This document shows positions 8,200-16,817 of a stretch of DNA of 32,000 bases, piece by piece. The DNA comes from Mycolicibacterium smegmatis. GTDB lineage: Bacteria > Actinomycetota > Actinomycetes > Mycobacteriales > Mycobacteriaceae. The position numbers were made by a program, and so were the translations under genes. Within the stretch, counting starts at the first letter, position 1. Every line of letters starts with the position of its first letter. The stretch covers positions 5,640,001-5,672,000 of the forward strand of contig NZ_LN831039.1 in the NCBI RefSeq assembly GCF_001457595.1. The letters run 5' to 3'. The notes beneath the pieces were generated by a model. The model was given only the letters and a program-made list of their open reading frames with translations, was not told the DNA's origin and ran no database searches.

Positions 8200-10050
8200 A
8201 TGGAACAGGCCGACGAATCGTTCGAAGCACTGCTGCGCTACATGCGTGACTCGCGTGGGTTCGACTTCACCGGTTACAAACGCACATCGTTGATGCGCCG
8301 CGTGCGGCACCGCATGGACCAGGCGGGTCACGACACGTTCGAGGAATACCTCGACGTATTGCAGGCCAGTTCCGACGAGTTCTCGGCGCTGTTCAACACG
8401 ATCCTCATCAACGTCACGGCGTTCTTCCGCGATCCGGAGGCGTGGGAGTTCATCCGCAGTGACGTGATCCCGCGCATGCTCGCCGAACGCGGACCCGACG
8501 ACCCCATCCGGGTCTGGAGCGCCGGTTGCGCGTCCGGGCAGGAGGCGTAGACGCTGGCGATGCTGCTCGCCGAGGCGCTCGGACCCGACGCCTTCCGTCA
8601 GCGCGTCAAGATCTACGCCACCGATGTCGACGAGGACGCGCTCACCGAGGCACGCGCCGCCTCGTACGACGCGAGAGCCGTCGAATCGGTGCCGCCGACG
8701 CTGTTGTCGACGTACTTCGAACATGTCAACGGCCGCTACGTCTTTCACAAGGACCTGCGACGCGCGGTGATCTTCGGCCGCAACGATCTGGTGAAGGACG
8801 CACCCATCTCGCGGGTCGACCTTCTCGTGTGCCGCAACACGCTGATGTATCTCAATGCCGAGACACAGCGAAACGTCATCAGCCGCTTGCACTTTGCGCT
8901 CGGGGCACAGGGGACGCTGTTCCTCGGCCACGCCGAGATGCTGCTGAGCCATGCCGACCGGTTCGCGCCGCTGAACCTCAAGCACCGGATCTTCCGCAAG
9001 GCCGCGGGGTCGCATTCAGGCATCGAACGTTACGACCCGACCGCCGCGATGTACGACCGTCACGGCGACCTGCCCGGGCTCACCACGGTGCGGGACCTGG
9101 CCTTCCGCGCCAGCCCTGTCGCGCAGATCGTGGTGACCGGCGAGGACACCGTCGCGATGATCAACCAGCAGGCCGAGTCCATTTTCGGGCTCTCGGCCCG
9201 AGACATCGGGCGTCTGCTGCGCGACCTCGAGATCTCCTACCGGCCGGTCGAACTGCGCGCCTACATCGAGCAGTGCAAGGTCGAGCGCCGATCCGCTCGC
9301 ATCCAGGACGTGAAGTGGCAGCGTCCTGGCTCGGAGACCGTGTGGTTCGAGATTCACGTGAACCCACTCGTGGACAACGAGAACGGCTTGCTCGGTGTGT
9401 CCATCGTGTTCTTCGACGTCTCGGCCACCCGCGCGCTGGTCGACAAGGTTGTCCAGACCAACCGCCAGCTCGAGGCGGCCTACGAGGAACTGCAGTCCAC
9501 CAACGAAGAGCTTGAGACCACCAACGAGGAACTTCAGTCGACGGTGGAGGAACTGGAGACCACCAACGAGGAACTCCAGTCCACCAACGAAGAACTCGAG
9601 ACCATGAACGAGGAGTTGCAGTCCACCAACGACGAACTGCACACCATCAACGACACGCTGCGTGACCGCAGCATCGAACTCGAGGACGCACGGACCTTCC
9701 TCGATTCGATGGTGAACTCGATCCAGCTGGGGATGGTGGTCGTCGACCGCGAGATGCACGTGGTGGTGTGGAACCGGCACTGCGAGGACCTGTGGGGTCT
9801 GCGCGCCGACGAGACCGTGGGAACCCCGTTGACGTCGCTGGACATCGGCCTGCCGCTCGATCAGGTGCGGCCGCTGATCGGGAACGCCTTCGTCGACGCC
9901 GGCGACCCGGGCGAGGTCGTCGTCGATGCGGTCAACCGGCGCGGACGTGCCGCGCGCATCCGGGTCACGTGCGCGCCGTTCCGGTCCCCCGAGGGCGGCG
10001 TGAAGGGTGCCTTGTTGTTGATGGAGGACCAGCTCGCGGCGCACTCCTAG
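8200..10050 (+). pseudogene. CheR-type methyltransferase fused to coiled-coil and PAS domains, interrupted by in-frame TAG at 8548-8550
   Basis: YMRDSRGFDFTGYKRTSLMRRVRHRM...VTAFFRDPEAWEFI...IRVWSAGCASGQEA* then, same frame, TLAMLLAEALGPDAFRQRVKIYATDVDEDALTEAR...DLLVCRNTLMYLN. C-terminal part has NEELQSTNEELET repeats and PAS-like segments. The downstream ORF in the track starts at ATG 8560. Confidence 0.85.
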
Positions 10051-10427
10051 CCTGCGTCACCCGCGGCCTCGTCGGCGACGGCAGCCGCTGCGTGCCGCTC
10101 GGCTTCGGCGCGGTGTACCTCGGCGGCGTTCTGGTGCATATCTGCTTCGTCGTCGTCGGCCGTGAGGGCGGCCTGCTCGTGCATCGCTGCCGCGCGCAGG
10201 TGAGCTGCTCTGGCATCCATGTGCCGCCGAGCGGCCGAGTGATGCGCGTCCAGCGCATGCTGCCTGGCCTGTTCTGCGCGTTTCCTGGCCGTTGCGACGT
10301 CATCAGCTGTCGAAGCTCGACCCTGCACAAGTGCGGTGCGGCGCTCTGCGAGCTCCTTCGCCCTCACGTCTGCAGCTTTGGCACGCGCCTCGTGTGTGGC
10401 GTCGTGAGGATCACTGGGTGCTGACAT
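10047..10427 (-). CDS. Ala/His/Glu-rich, predicted helical hypothetical protein
   Basis: MSAPSDPHDATHEARAKAADVRAKELAERRTALVQGRASTADDVATARKRAEQARQHALDAHHSAARRHMDARAAHLRAAAMHEQ...; its start overlaps the 3' end of the GAF-ANTAR gene. Confidence 0.7.
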   Translation of the reverse strand: MSAPSDPHDATHEARAKAADVRAKELAERRTALVQGRASTADDVATARKRAEQARQHALDAHHSAARRHMDARAAHLRAAAMHEQAALTADDDEADMHQNAAEVHRAEAERHAAAAVADEAAGDAG

Positions 10428-11127
10428 CGGCCGGCCGTTCAGCGGTGGTGACGATCTCGCGCGCGACGTCCACCAGGGGTGTGTTGGCGCCCTGCGAAAG
10501 CTTCTTGAGGACTTCGAACGCCTGCCCGGCGTCGATCCGGTACCGCTCCATGAGCATGCCCTTGGCCTGGCCGATGAGATCGCGTGATGCCAGAGCGCTG
10601 CGGAACTGTTCGTCGCGGCGCATCAGGCTCCACATGAGCGCGGCGTGCGTCGCGATGATCAGACCCGACTCCACGGCCTCGGCATCGAAGGCGCCCGCGG
10701 TCTCGGAGTAGAAGTTCAGCGCGCCCATGGTCTGGTTGTCGGCGTAGAGCTGGAACGCGACGACCGAGCGGATCGGCGTCTCTAACAGCGCCTGGCGGCA
10801 GTACGCGGGCCAACGCTGCTCGGACTCCATGTCGTCGATCCGGATGACGTGCTGTTCCCACGCCGCGGCGAGGCATGGCCCGTTTTCGACACGCTGCTGG
10901 ATCTCGTCGAGGATCTCCGGGTACTCGCCGGTGGCTGCGGCCGTACGGACCTTTCCGTCGCGTCCGGCGATCGTGATACCCGCGTACTGAGCGCCGGCGA
11001 CATATTCGACGGCGCTCTCGGTGAGCTCGCCCAGTACGGCGTCGACGTCGGTCGCGCGACGTGTGTGCACGTCGCGGATCAGATTGCTGATCTGCTGCGA
11101 GATCGCCTCGTTCTGGCTCACCGACAT
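10411..11127 (-). CDS. GAF and ANTAR domain-containing regulator
   Basis: MSVSQNEAISQQISNLIRDV...GLTIAGRDG-like GAF core with GPCLAAAWEQ, and C-terminal ANTAR (FRSALASRDLIGQAKGMLMERYRIDAGQAFEVLKKLSQGANTPLVDVAREIV). Confidence 0.88.
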   Translation of the reverse strand: MSVSQNEAISQQISNLIRDVHTRRATDVDAVLGELTESAVEYVAGAQYAGITIAGRDGKVRTAAATGEYPEILDEIQQRVENGPCLAAAWEQHVIRIDDMESEQRWPAYCRQALLETPIRSVVAFQLYADNQTMGALNFYSETAGAFDAEAVESGLIIATHAALMWSLMRRDEQFRSALASRDLIGQAKGMLMERYRIDAGQAFEVLKKLSQGANTPLVDVAREIVTTAERPADVSTQ

Positions 11128-11201
11128 GTTCCACTCCGGTCGACATCGATCGATCAAGGATAACGTGGCCTGCGGGTATTCCGATCCGACCACACCGAAT
11201 T

Positions 11202-11215
11202 TAGAACACGTTCTA
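11202..11215. promoter_or_regulatory. TAGAAC-AC-GTTCTA inverted repeat (KstR-like operator motif)
   Basis: Direct read of 6-bp inverted arms with 2-nt spacer; conforms to TNNAACNNGTTNNA. Ends 10 nt before ATG 11226. Confidence 0.45.
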
Positions 11216-11225
11216 GTGTGTGCAT

Positions 11226-12110
11226 ATGCGGTTCACATATGCCGAAGCAATGACCGATCCCACCTACTACATCCCGCTCGCGCAAGCGGCCGAGGCCGCC
11301 GGATACGACGCCATGACCATTCCGGACAGCGTCGCCTATCCGCTCGAATCCGACTCCAAGTACCCGTACACCCCCGACGGCAACCGCGAGTTCCTCGACG
11401 GCAAGGCGTTCATCGAGGCGTTCGTGCTGGCGTCGGCCCTGTGCGCGGCGACCACGACGCTGAACTTCAACTTCTTCGTGCTCAAGCTGCCGATCCGCCC
11501 GCCTGCCCTGGTGGCCAAACAGGCCGGATCGCTCAACGCACTGTTCGACAACCGTCTGGGTCTCGGCGTCGGCACCAGCCCGTGGCCCGAGGATTACGAG
11601 TTGATGGGCGTGCCGTTCGCCAAACGCGGCAAACGCATGGACGAGTGCATCGACATCATCCGCGGGCTGACCACCGGCGAGTACTTCGAGTACCACGGCG
11701 AGTTCTACGACATCGCCAAGACCAAGATGACACCAGCGCCGTCCAAGCCCGTGCCGATCCTGGTCGGTGGCCACGCCGACGCCGCGCTGCGCCGTGCCGC
11801 ACGCTGCGACGGTTGGATGCACGGCGGCGGCGAGCCCGAGGAACTCGACCGACTCCTCGCGCGGCTCAAGCAGTTCCGTGAAGAGCACGCCGAAAAGACC
11901 GGCGAGGCACCGAGTGAGGACTTCCAGATCCACGTCATCTCGATCGACGCGTTCACCGTCGACGGCATCAAACGCCTTGAGGACAAAGGCGTCACGGATG
12001 TCATCGTCGGCTTCCGCATCCCCTACATCGAGGGCCAGGACACCGAGCCGCTGGACAAGAAGATCCGCAACCTCGAGTGGTTCGCCGAGAACGTGATCGC
12101 CAAGGTGTGA
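11226..12110 (+). CDS. LLM class (probable F420-dependent) oxidoreductase
   Basis: MRFTYAEAMTDPTYYIPLAQAAEAAGYDAMTIPDSVAYP...RLGLGVGTSPWPEDYELMGVPFAKRGKRMDECIDIIRGL... Confidence 0.9.
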   Translation: MRFTYAEAMTDPTYYIPLAQAAEAAGYDAMTIPDSVAYPLESDSKYPYTPDGNREFLDGKAFIEAFVLASALCAATTTLNFNFFVLKLPIRPPALVAKQAGSLNALFDNRLGLGVGTSPWPEDYELMGVPFAKRGKRMDECIDIIRGLTTGEYFEYHGEFYDIAKTKMTPAPSKPVPILVGGHADAALRRAARCDGWMHGGGEPEELDRLLARLKQFREEHAEKTGEAPSEDFQIHVISIDAFTVDGIKRLEDKGVTDVIVGFRIPYIEGQDTEPLDKKIRNLEWFAENVIAKV

Positions 12111-12266
12111 GTTCCAGGCTGTAGAGGTCACGGGCGACGGGCCGGTGTAATCCGAACCACGTTCATTTGTCGGAACATCGGCCCGCCCGCTAGCGTTGCA
12201 CGCGTTGTTCTCGCCAACGCCGTCCGAGAGCTCAGGAGAATTCCCCAGCAATCGGAAGAGCTGTAT

Positions 12267-13484
12267 TTGATGACGACGTCCCTGCAACCGAACCGGCCCG
12301 CCTCGGTCGTCGCCACCGACACCACCGTTCGGTGGCTTGCGGTGTTCGCACTGGCGCTCGGTGGTTTCGGCATCGGGACCGCCGAGTTCGTCGCGATGGG
12401 CCTGCTGCCCGACATCGCGACCGGTTTCGGCATCACCGAGCCGACCGCGGGTCACGTCATATCGGCCTATGCCCTCGGCGTCGTGGTCGGTGCGCCGGTG
12501 CTCGCCGCGGTGACCGCCCGCGTGCCACGCCGGGTGTTGCTGCTCGGCCTCATGGCGGTGTTCACGCTCGGCAATGTCGCGAGCATGGTCGCGCCGTCGT
12601 ACCCGACCCTCGTGGTCGCGCGCTTCGTCGCGGGCCTGCCGCACGGCGCGTACTTCGGTGTCGCCGCGCTCGCGGCCGCGCACCTGATGGGCCCCGCCAA
12701 CCGCGCCAAGGCCGTCGCGCACGTGCTGTCCGGCCTGACGATCGCCACGGTCCTGGGCGTGCCGATGGCCTCGTGGCTCGGCCAGGCGCTCGGCTGGCGC
12801 AGCGCGTTCGGGCTCGTGGTGTTCGTCGGCGTGCTGACGCTGGCCGCACTGTGGTTCTGGCTGCCCGAACAGTTGCGCACCATGCACATCTCCAGCCCCC
12901 TGACCGAACTCGGCGCGCTGCGCCGCCCGCAGGTGTGGCTCGCGGTGCTCGTCGGCATGATCGGCTTCGGCGGCATGTTCGCCGTGTACACCTACATCAG
13001 CACCACGATGACCGACGTCGCCGGCCTGTCACGCGGGCTCGTGCCGCTCGCGCTCATGGTCTTCGGCTTCGGCATGGTGATCGGCAACCTGCTCGGCGGA
13101 CGGTTGGCCGACCTCTCGGTGGTCCGCGCCCTGTACGTGTCGCTGGCAGCCCTCGGGATCTTGCTCGCGGTGTTCGTGGCGGCCTCGCATCATCCGTGGT
13201 CGGCGCTGCTGGTCCTGTTCGGCATCGGCGTCGCCGGTTCCGCGGTGGGCCCCGCGTTGCAGACGCGACTCATGGACGTCGCGCACGACGCGCAGACGCT
13301 CGCCGCCGCGCTCAACCACTCCGCGCTCAACATCGGCAATGCGACCGGTGCATGGGTCGGTGGGCTGGTGATCGCCGCGGGCTTCGGTTACACCGCACCA
13401 GCCGCCGCGGGTGCGGTGCTCGCGGTCGGCGGTCTGCTGGTGCTCACGCTGTCGGTCGCGGTGCAGCGCCGCTCGAAGACCTGA
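12267..13484 (+). CDS. MFS transporter, DHA1/AraJ/Cmx-like efflux family
   Basis: FALALGGFGIGTAEFVAMGLLPDIATGFGITEPTAGHVISAYALGVVVGAPVLAAVTARVPRRVLLLGL...; 12-TM profile. Confidence 0.88.
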   Translation: MMTTSLQPNRPASVVATDTTVRWLAVFALALGGFGIGTAEFVAMGLLPDIATGFGITEPTAGHVISAYALGVVVGAPVLAAVTARVPRRVLLLGLMAVFTLGNVASMVAPSYPTLVVARFVAGLPHGAYFGVAALAAAHLMGPANRAKAVAHVLSGLTIATVLGVPMASWLGQALGWRSAFGLVVFVGVLTLAALWFWLPEQLRTMHISSPLTELGALRRPQVWLAVLVGMIGFGGMFAVYTYISTTMTDVAGLSRGLVPLALMVFGFGMVIGNLLGGRLADLSVVRALYVSLAALGILLAVFVAASHHPWSALLVLFGIGVAGSAVGPALQTRLMDVAHDAQTLAAALNHSALNIGNATGAWVGGLVIAAGFGYTAPAAAGAVLAVGGLLVLTLSVAVQRRSKT

Positions 13485-13490
13485 GCTCGA

Positions 13491-14054
13491 CTATCTGAGC
13501 TGGTCCTCGCATCTGGAGGTCAACCCCGAGAAGTGCACGGCGGGCATGCCGTCGACCGTCGTGAAGTCGGTGCCCGGCGCCCACTCGGCACCAGGGGTGA
13601 TCCATGGCGGCACGTCGTGCGGGTATGCGATGGTCAGGTCGGAGTAGAACCGCGCGTTCGCCGGGCACGTCGGGCTTTCCGACGGTTGCGGGTTCCAGGC
13701 ATGCACCACAACGGGATTCAGCAGCCGCCTGCCCTCGGCACAGTTCGGCTGGCATTCGATCGCGTTGTCGACGCCGGTGCCGCGCGCTCCGTCCGGACCC
13801 CACTGGGTCCACGTCATCTCCTGCAGCACGCCGGTCTTGTCGCAGTTGTAGTCGAACACCTCGGGCCGCTGCGGCAGCGGATGCTCCGGGTCGTAGCACA
13901 TGCCGATCGCGTACACCTCGTTCTCGGGGATCGTGCCGCTGTCGGGTGCCACGGGTTCCGCCGAGGCCGGCCCGGCCGACAACATCAGGGCGGCGACGGC
14001 CGCAGCGGTCACAGCCGAAGTCACAGCTGTCGACTCAGCGAAGTGGCGGGTCAT
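13491..14054 (-). CDS. Secreted protein of unknown function
   Basis: MTRHFAESTAVTSAVTAAAVAALMLSAGPASAEPVAPDSG... signal peptide, five or more Cys; AGGAG Shine-Dalgarno-like sequence upstream. Confidence 0.75.
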   Translation of the reverse strand: MTRHFAESTAVTSAVTAAAVAALMLSAGPASAEPVAPDSGTIPENEVYAIGMCYDPEHPLPQRPEVFDYNCDKTGVLQEMTWTQWGPDGARGTGVDNAIECQPNCAEGRRLLNPVVVHAWNPQPSESPTCPANARFYSDLTIAYPHDVPPWITPGAEWAPGTDFTTVDGMPAVHFSGLTSRCEDQLR

Positions 14055-14213
14055 GTGTCACTCCTCGTTGCGGCTCTCGTAACCACACTTACGGCTTTCC
14101 GGTCGACGGGGATGCTAGCAACCCGCCGGAGAGTACGCAGCACGTTCGAAAACTGCTGAGAAAAACATGTGAATTCGCGGAATTTTCTTCAGCCTTCCGA
14201 AATTGCAGTCAGT

Positions 14214-14250
14214 AGACGGTGATCGGGCGAGCGGGATTCCCGATCCGTCT
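14214..14250 (+). promoter_or_regulatory. 5' UTR hairpin immediately upstream of the ribosome-binding region
   Basis: AGACGG-tg-ATCGGG ... CCCGATCCGTCT pairs over 12 bp with a 2-nt bulge; followed directly by GAAAAGAAGGG. Confidence 0.55.
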
Positions 14251-14267
14251 GAAAAGAAGGGTTGGAA

Positions 14268-14579
14268 ATGAGTTCGGAGAAGACGAAGAGATACACTCTC
14301 GGCGCCCTCGGGATGGGCGCCATTGCTTCGGCGGCCCTCTGTATGGCGGGCACCGCTTCGGCCGCACCGACAGAGCAGTCGGTGGAACAAACCGTGAAGA
14401 GCCTTCAGACCAGCGGCTATCACGTCATCGTCAACAAGACCGGCGCCGCTCCCCTGTCCAGTTGCAAGGTGGTCGGGGTCCGCCCGGGCCAGACGCACTC
14501 CACCAATGATTCGCGGGGCGGGGGCTCCATCAAAACCACGATCATCTCGCAGACCGTCTATGTCGACGTCGCCTGCTGA
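14268..14579 (+). CDS. Small secreted protein of unknown function
   Basis: MSSEKTKRYTLGALGMGAIASAALCMAGTASAAPTEQSVEQTVKSLQTSGYHVIVNKTGAAPLSSCKVVGVRPGQ...; signal peptide and RBS-like GAAGGG. Confidence 0.82.
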   Translation: MSSEKTKRYTLGALGMGAIASAALCMAGTASAAPTEQSVEQTVKSLQTSGYHVIVNKTGAAPLSSCKVVGVRPGQTHSTNDSRGGGSIKTTIISQTVYVDVAC

Positions 14580-14651
14580 TCGGGAATAACCACCGGCGTG
14601 CATTTGTTGCAGCAATTCAAACCGTAATGCGGTTTGACAGTAAATGACGCC

Positions 14652-14697
14652 AAACAATCGGCCGCACAATGTTGTGCGGCCGATTGTTTTGTTTTTC
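14652..14697 (+). terminator. Strong rho-independent-type terminator hairpin
   Basis: AAACAATCGGCCGCACAA-TG-TTGTGCGGCCGATTGTTT followed by TGTTTTT. Confidence 0.85.
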
Positions 14698-14710
14698 TAT
14701 GTACCGGGTA
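14686..14710 (+). promoter_or_regulatory. Candidate SigF-type promoter for the sugar transporter
   Basis: GTTT (14686-14689), 16-nt spacer, GGGTA (14706-14710), 41 nt before ATG 14752. It overlaps the terminator stem. Confidence 0.4.
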
Positions 14711-14751
14711 ACTTCCTGAGGCCCCAACCCGAACCTCAGGAGCCCGACCCG

Positions 14752-16168
14752 ATGAGCACCGATACCCAAGACTCGGCGGACGCGCGAGCGAAGACGCCAG
14801 GACAACTCACCGGCGCGGTCGTGATCGTCGCACTCGTGTCCGCGGTGTCGGGCATGCTCTACGGCTACGACACGGGCATCATCTCCGGAGCCCTGCTCCA
14901 GATCACCAAGGACTTCTCGATCGCCGAGGCCTGGAAACAGGTGATCGCGGCGAGCATCCTTCTCGGCGCCGTCATCGGCGCGCTGGTGTGCAGGTCACCT
15001 GTCACAGAAACGGGGCCGCAAGGGCACACTGCTGATGCTGGCCGTGGTGTTCGTGATCGGCTCGCTGTGGTGCGCGATCTCCCCCAACCCGGTGCTGCTG
15101 TCGGTCGGTCGGTTGGTGTTGGGATTCGCGGTCGGCGGCGCCACACAGACCGCGCCGATGTACGTTGCGGAACTCTCGCCGCCGAAGTACCGCGGCCGGC
15201 TGGTGCTGTGTTTCCAGATCGCGATCGGCGTGGGCATCGTGATCGCGACGATAGTCGGTGCGTCCGAACACATTCCGTGGCGCTGGTCGATCGGCGCCGC
15301 GGCTGTCCCGGCCGCGATCATGCTGGTCCTGCTACTGCGCCTGCCGGAGAGCCCGCGCTGGCTGATCAAGGACGGCGATCCCGACAAGGCACGCGAGGTG
15401 CTCGAGCGGGTGCGGCCCGACGGTTACGACATCGACGGTGAACTCGACGAGATGACCACGCTGGTGCGCAAGGAGCAGACCGCGAAGACCCGCGGCTGGC
15501 CCGGCCTGCGCGCGGCCTGGGTACGGCCCGCACTCATACTCGGTTGCGGCATAGCGATTTTCACGCAACTCAGCGGTATCGAGATGATCATCTACTACTC
15601 GCCGACCATCCTCACCGACAACGGATTCTCCGAATCGGTGGCGCTTCAGGTCTCGGTCGCGCTCGGCGTGAGCTACCTGGTGGCGCAACTCGTGGGCCTG
15701 TCGATCATCGACAAGGTCGGGCGGCGCCGGCTCACGCTCATCATGATCCCGGGTGCGGCCGTGAGCCTGTTCGTGCTCGGCACGCTGTTCGCCACCGGCC
15801 ACAGCGGCCGCGACTCGGTGCCGTTCATCGTCGCGTGCCTCGTGGTGTTCATGCTGTTCAACGCAGGCGGCCTGCAACTCATGGGTTGGCTGACCGGTTC
15901 GGAGACCTACCCGCTGGCGGTGCGTCCGGCTGGGACGGCCGCACAGTCGGCGGCCTTGTGGGGCACCAACCTGCTCATCACGCTGACCCTGCTGACGCTG
16001 ATCAGCGGGATCGGCGTGGGGCCCGCGATGTGGCTCTACGGGCTGTTCAACGTCGCGGCATGGCTTTTCGTGTACTTCCGGATGCCCGACCTGACCGGCC
16101 GCAGCCTCGAGGAGATCGAGGGCAAGCTGCGCGACGGCAAGTTCCGCCCCGCCGACTTCGCGCGCTGA
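14752..16168 (+). pseudogene. MFS sugar transporter (sugar porter family), disrupted by a +1 frameshift near 14992
   Basis: MSTDTQDSADARAKTPGQLTGAVVIVALVSAVSGMLYGYDTGIISGALL...ILLGAVIGALVC in frame 1; GHLSQKRGRKGTLLMLAVVFVIGSLWCAIS...GLSIIDKVGRRRLTL...PESPRW in frame 2. Removing the A at about 14992 restores the expected sequence. Confidence 0.85.
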
Positions 16169-16190
16169 GGGCTCACGCCATACTCCAGGC

Positions 16191-16817
16191 ATGACGCTGA
16201 CGGTCGCCTCGATCGACATCGCCGATCCGGCCGCGGCCTGGGCACGGGCCGGTTTCACGGTCGACGACGGCGTGTGCCACGTCGGCGGGGTACGCATCCG
16301 GTTGGGTGCGGCGGGTACCGGGATCACCGGATGGGTGCTGCGGGGCGTACCCGAACGGGTGACCGATCTGGACGGCATCCCGACGTCGCCATCCGACGCA
16401 CCACCGTCGCAGCCTGCGGCCCACGCCAACGGAGTCGTCTCGATCGACCACGTCGTGCTGCTGTCGCCGAACCTGACCCGTACGGTCGGCGCCCTCGCGG
16501 AGCTCGGCGAAGCGCCTCGCCGCGAACGCGACGGCGAGCTGGGCGGGCAGCCGATCCGCCAGATCTTCTTCCGGTTCGGCGAGGTGATCATCGAGGTGGT
16601 GGGTGCACCCGACGCCGTGGGCGACGGACCGTCGTCGCTGTGGGGCATCACGTACGTGGTCGACGACATCGACGCCACCGCAGCATTTTTCGGTGACAAC
16701 GCGCTGCCGGTCAAAGATGCCGTACAGCCCGGCCGCCGGATCGCCACGCTACGTGGCGACCGGCTCGGGCTGAGCGTGCGCAGCGCGGTGATCTCAGCGC
16801 CCGCGCGTCGGTGGTGA
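16191..16817 (+). CDS. VOC/glyoxalase superfamily protein
   Basis: VVSIDHVVLLSPNLTRTVGALAELGEAPRRER...IRQIFFRFGEVIIEVVGAPD...LWGITYVVDDIDATAAFFG. Confidence 0.78.
   Translation: MTLTVASIDIADPAAAWARAGFTVDDGVCHVGGVRIRLGAAGTGITGWVLRGVPERVTDLDGIPTSPSDAPPSQPAAHANGVVSIDHVVLLSPNLTRTVGALAELGEAPRRERDGELGGQPIRQIFFRFGEVIIEVVGAPDAVGDGPSSLWGITYVVDDIDATAAFFGDNALPVKDAVQPGRRIATLRGDRLGLSVRSAVISAPARRW

Noticed and set aside
8026-10044. Long minus-strand ORFs opposite the CheR/PAS gene (8026..9015, 9016..10044)
   Set aside because: Antisense decoys. The plus strand has unmistakable CheR and coiled-coil/PAS sequence on both sides of the TAG.
12172-12190. GTTC-N8-GAAC possible operator upstream of the MFS exporter
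   Set aside because: Only 4-bp arms with wide spacing; does not match the mycobacterial LexA box or another motif I can name.
12332-13498. 388-aa plus-strand ORF in a shifted frame over the MFS gene
   Set aside because: Arg/Ala-rich out-of-frame shadow of the MFS transporter at 12267..13484.
14148-14157. GTTCGAAAAC considered as a tRNA T-loop
   Set aside because: No flanking acceptor, D or anticodon stem pairing; no tRNA found anywhere in the window, including a suppressor tRNA.
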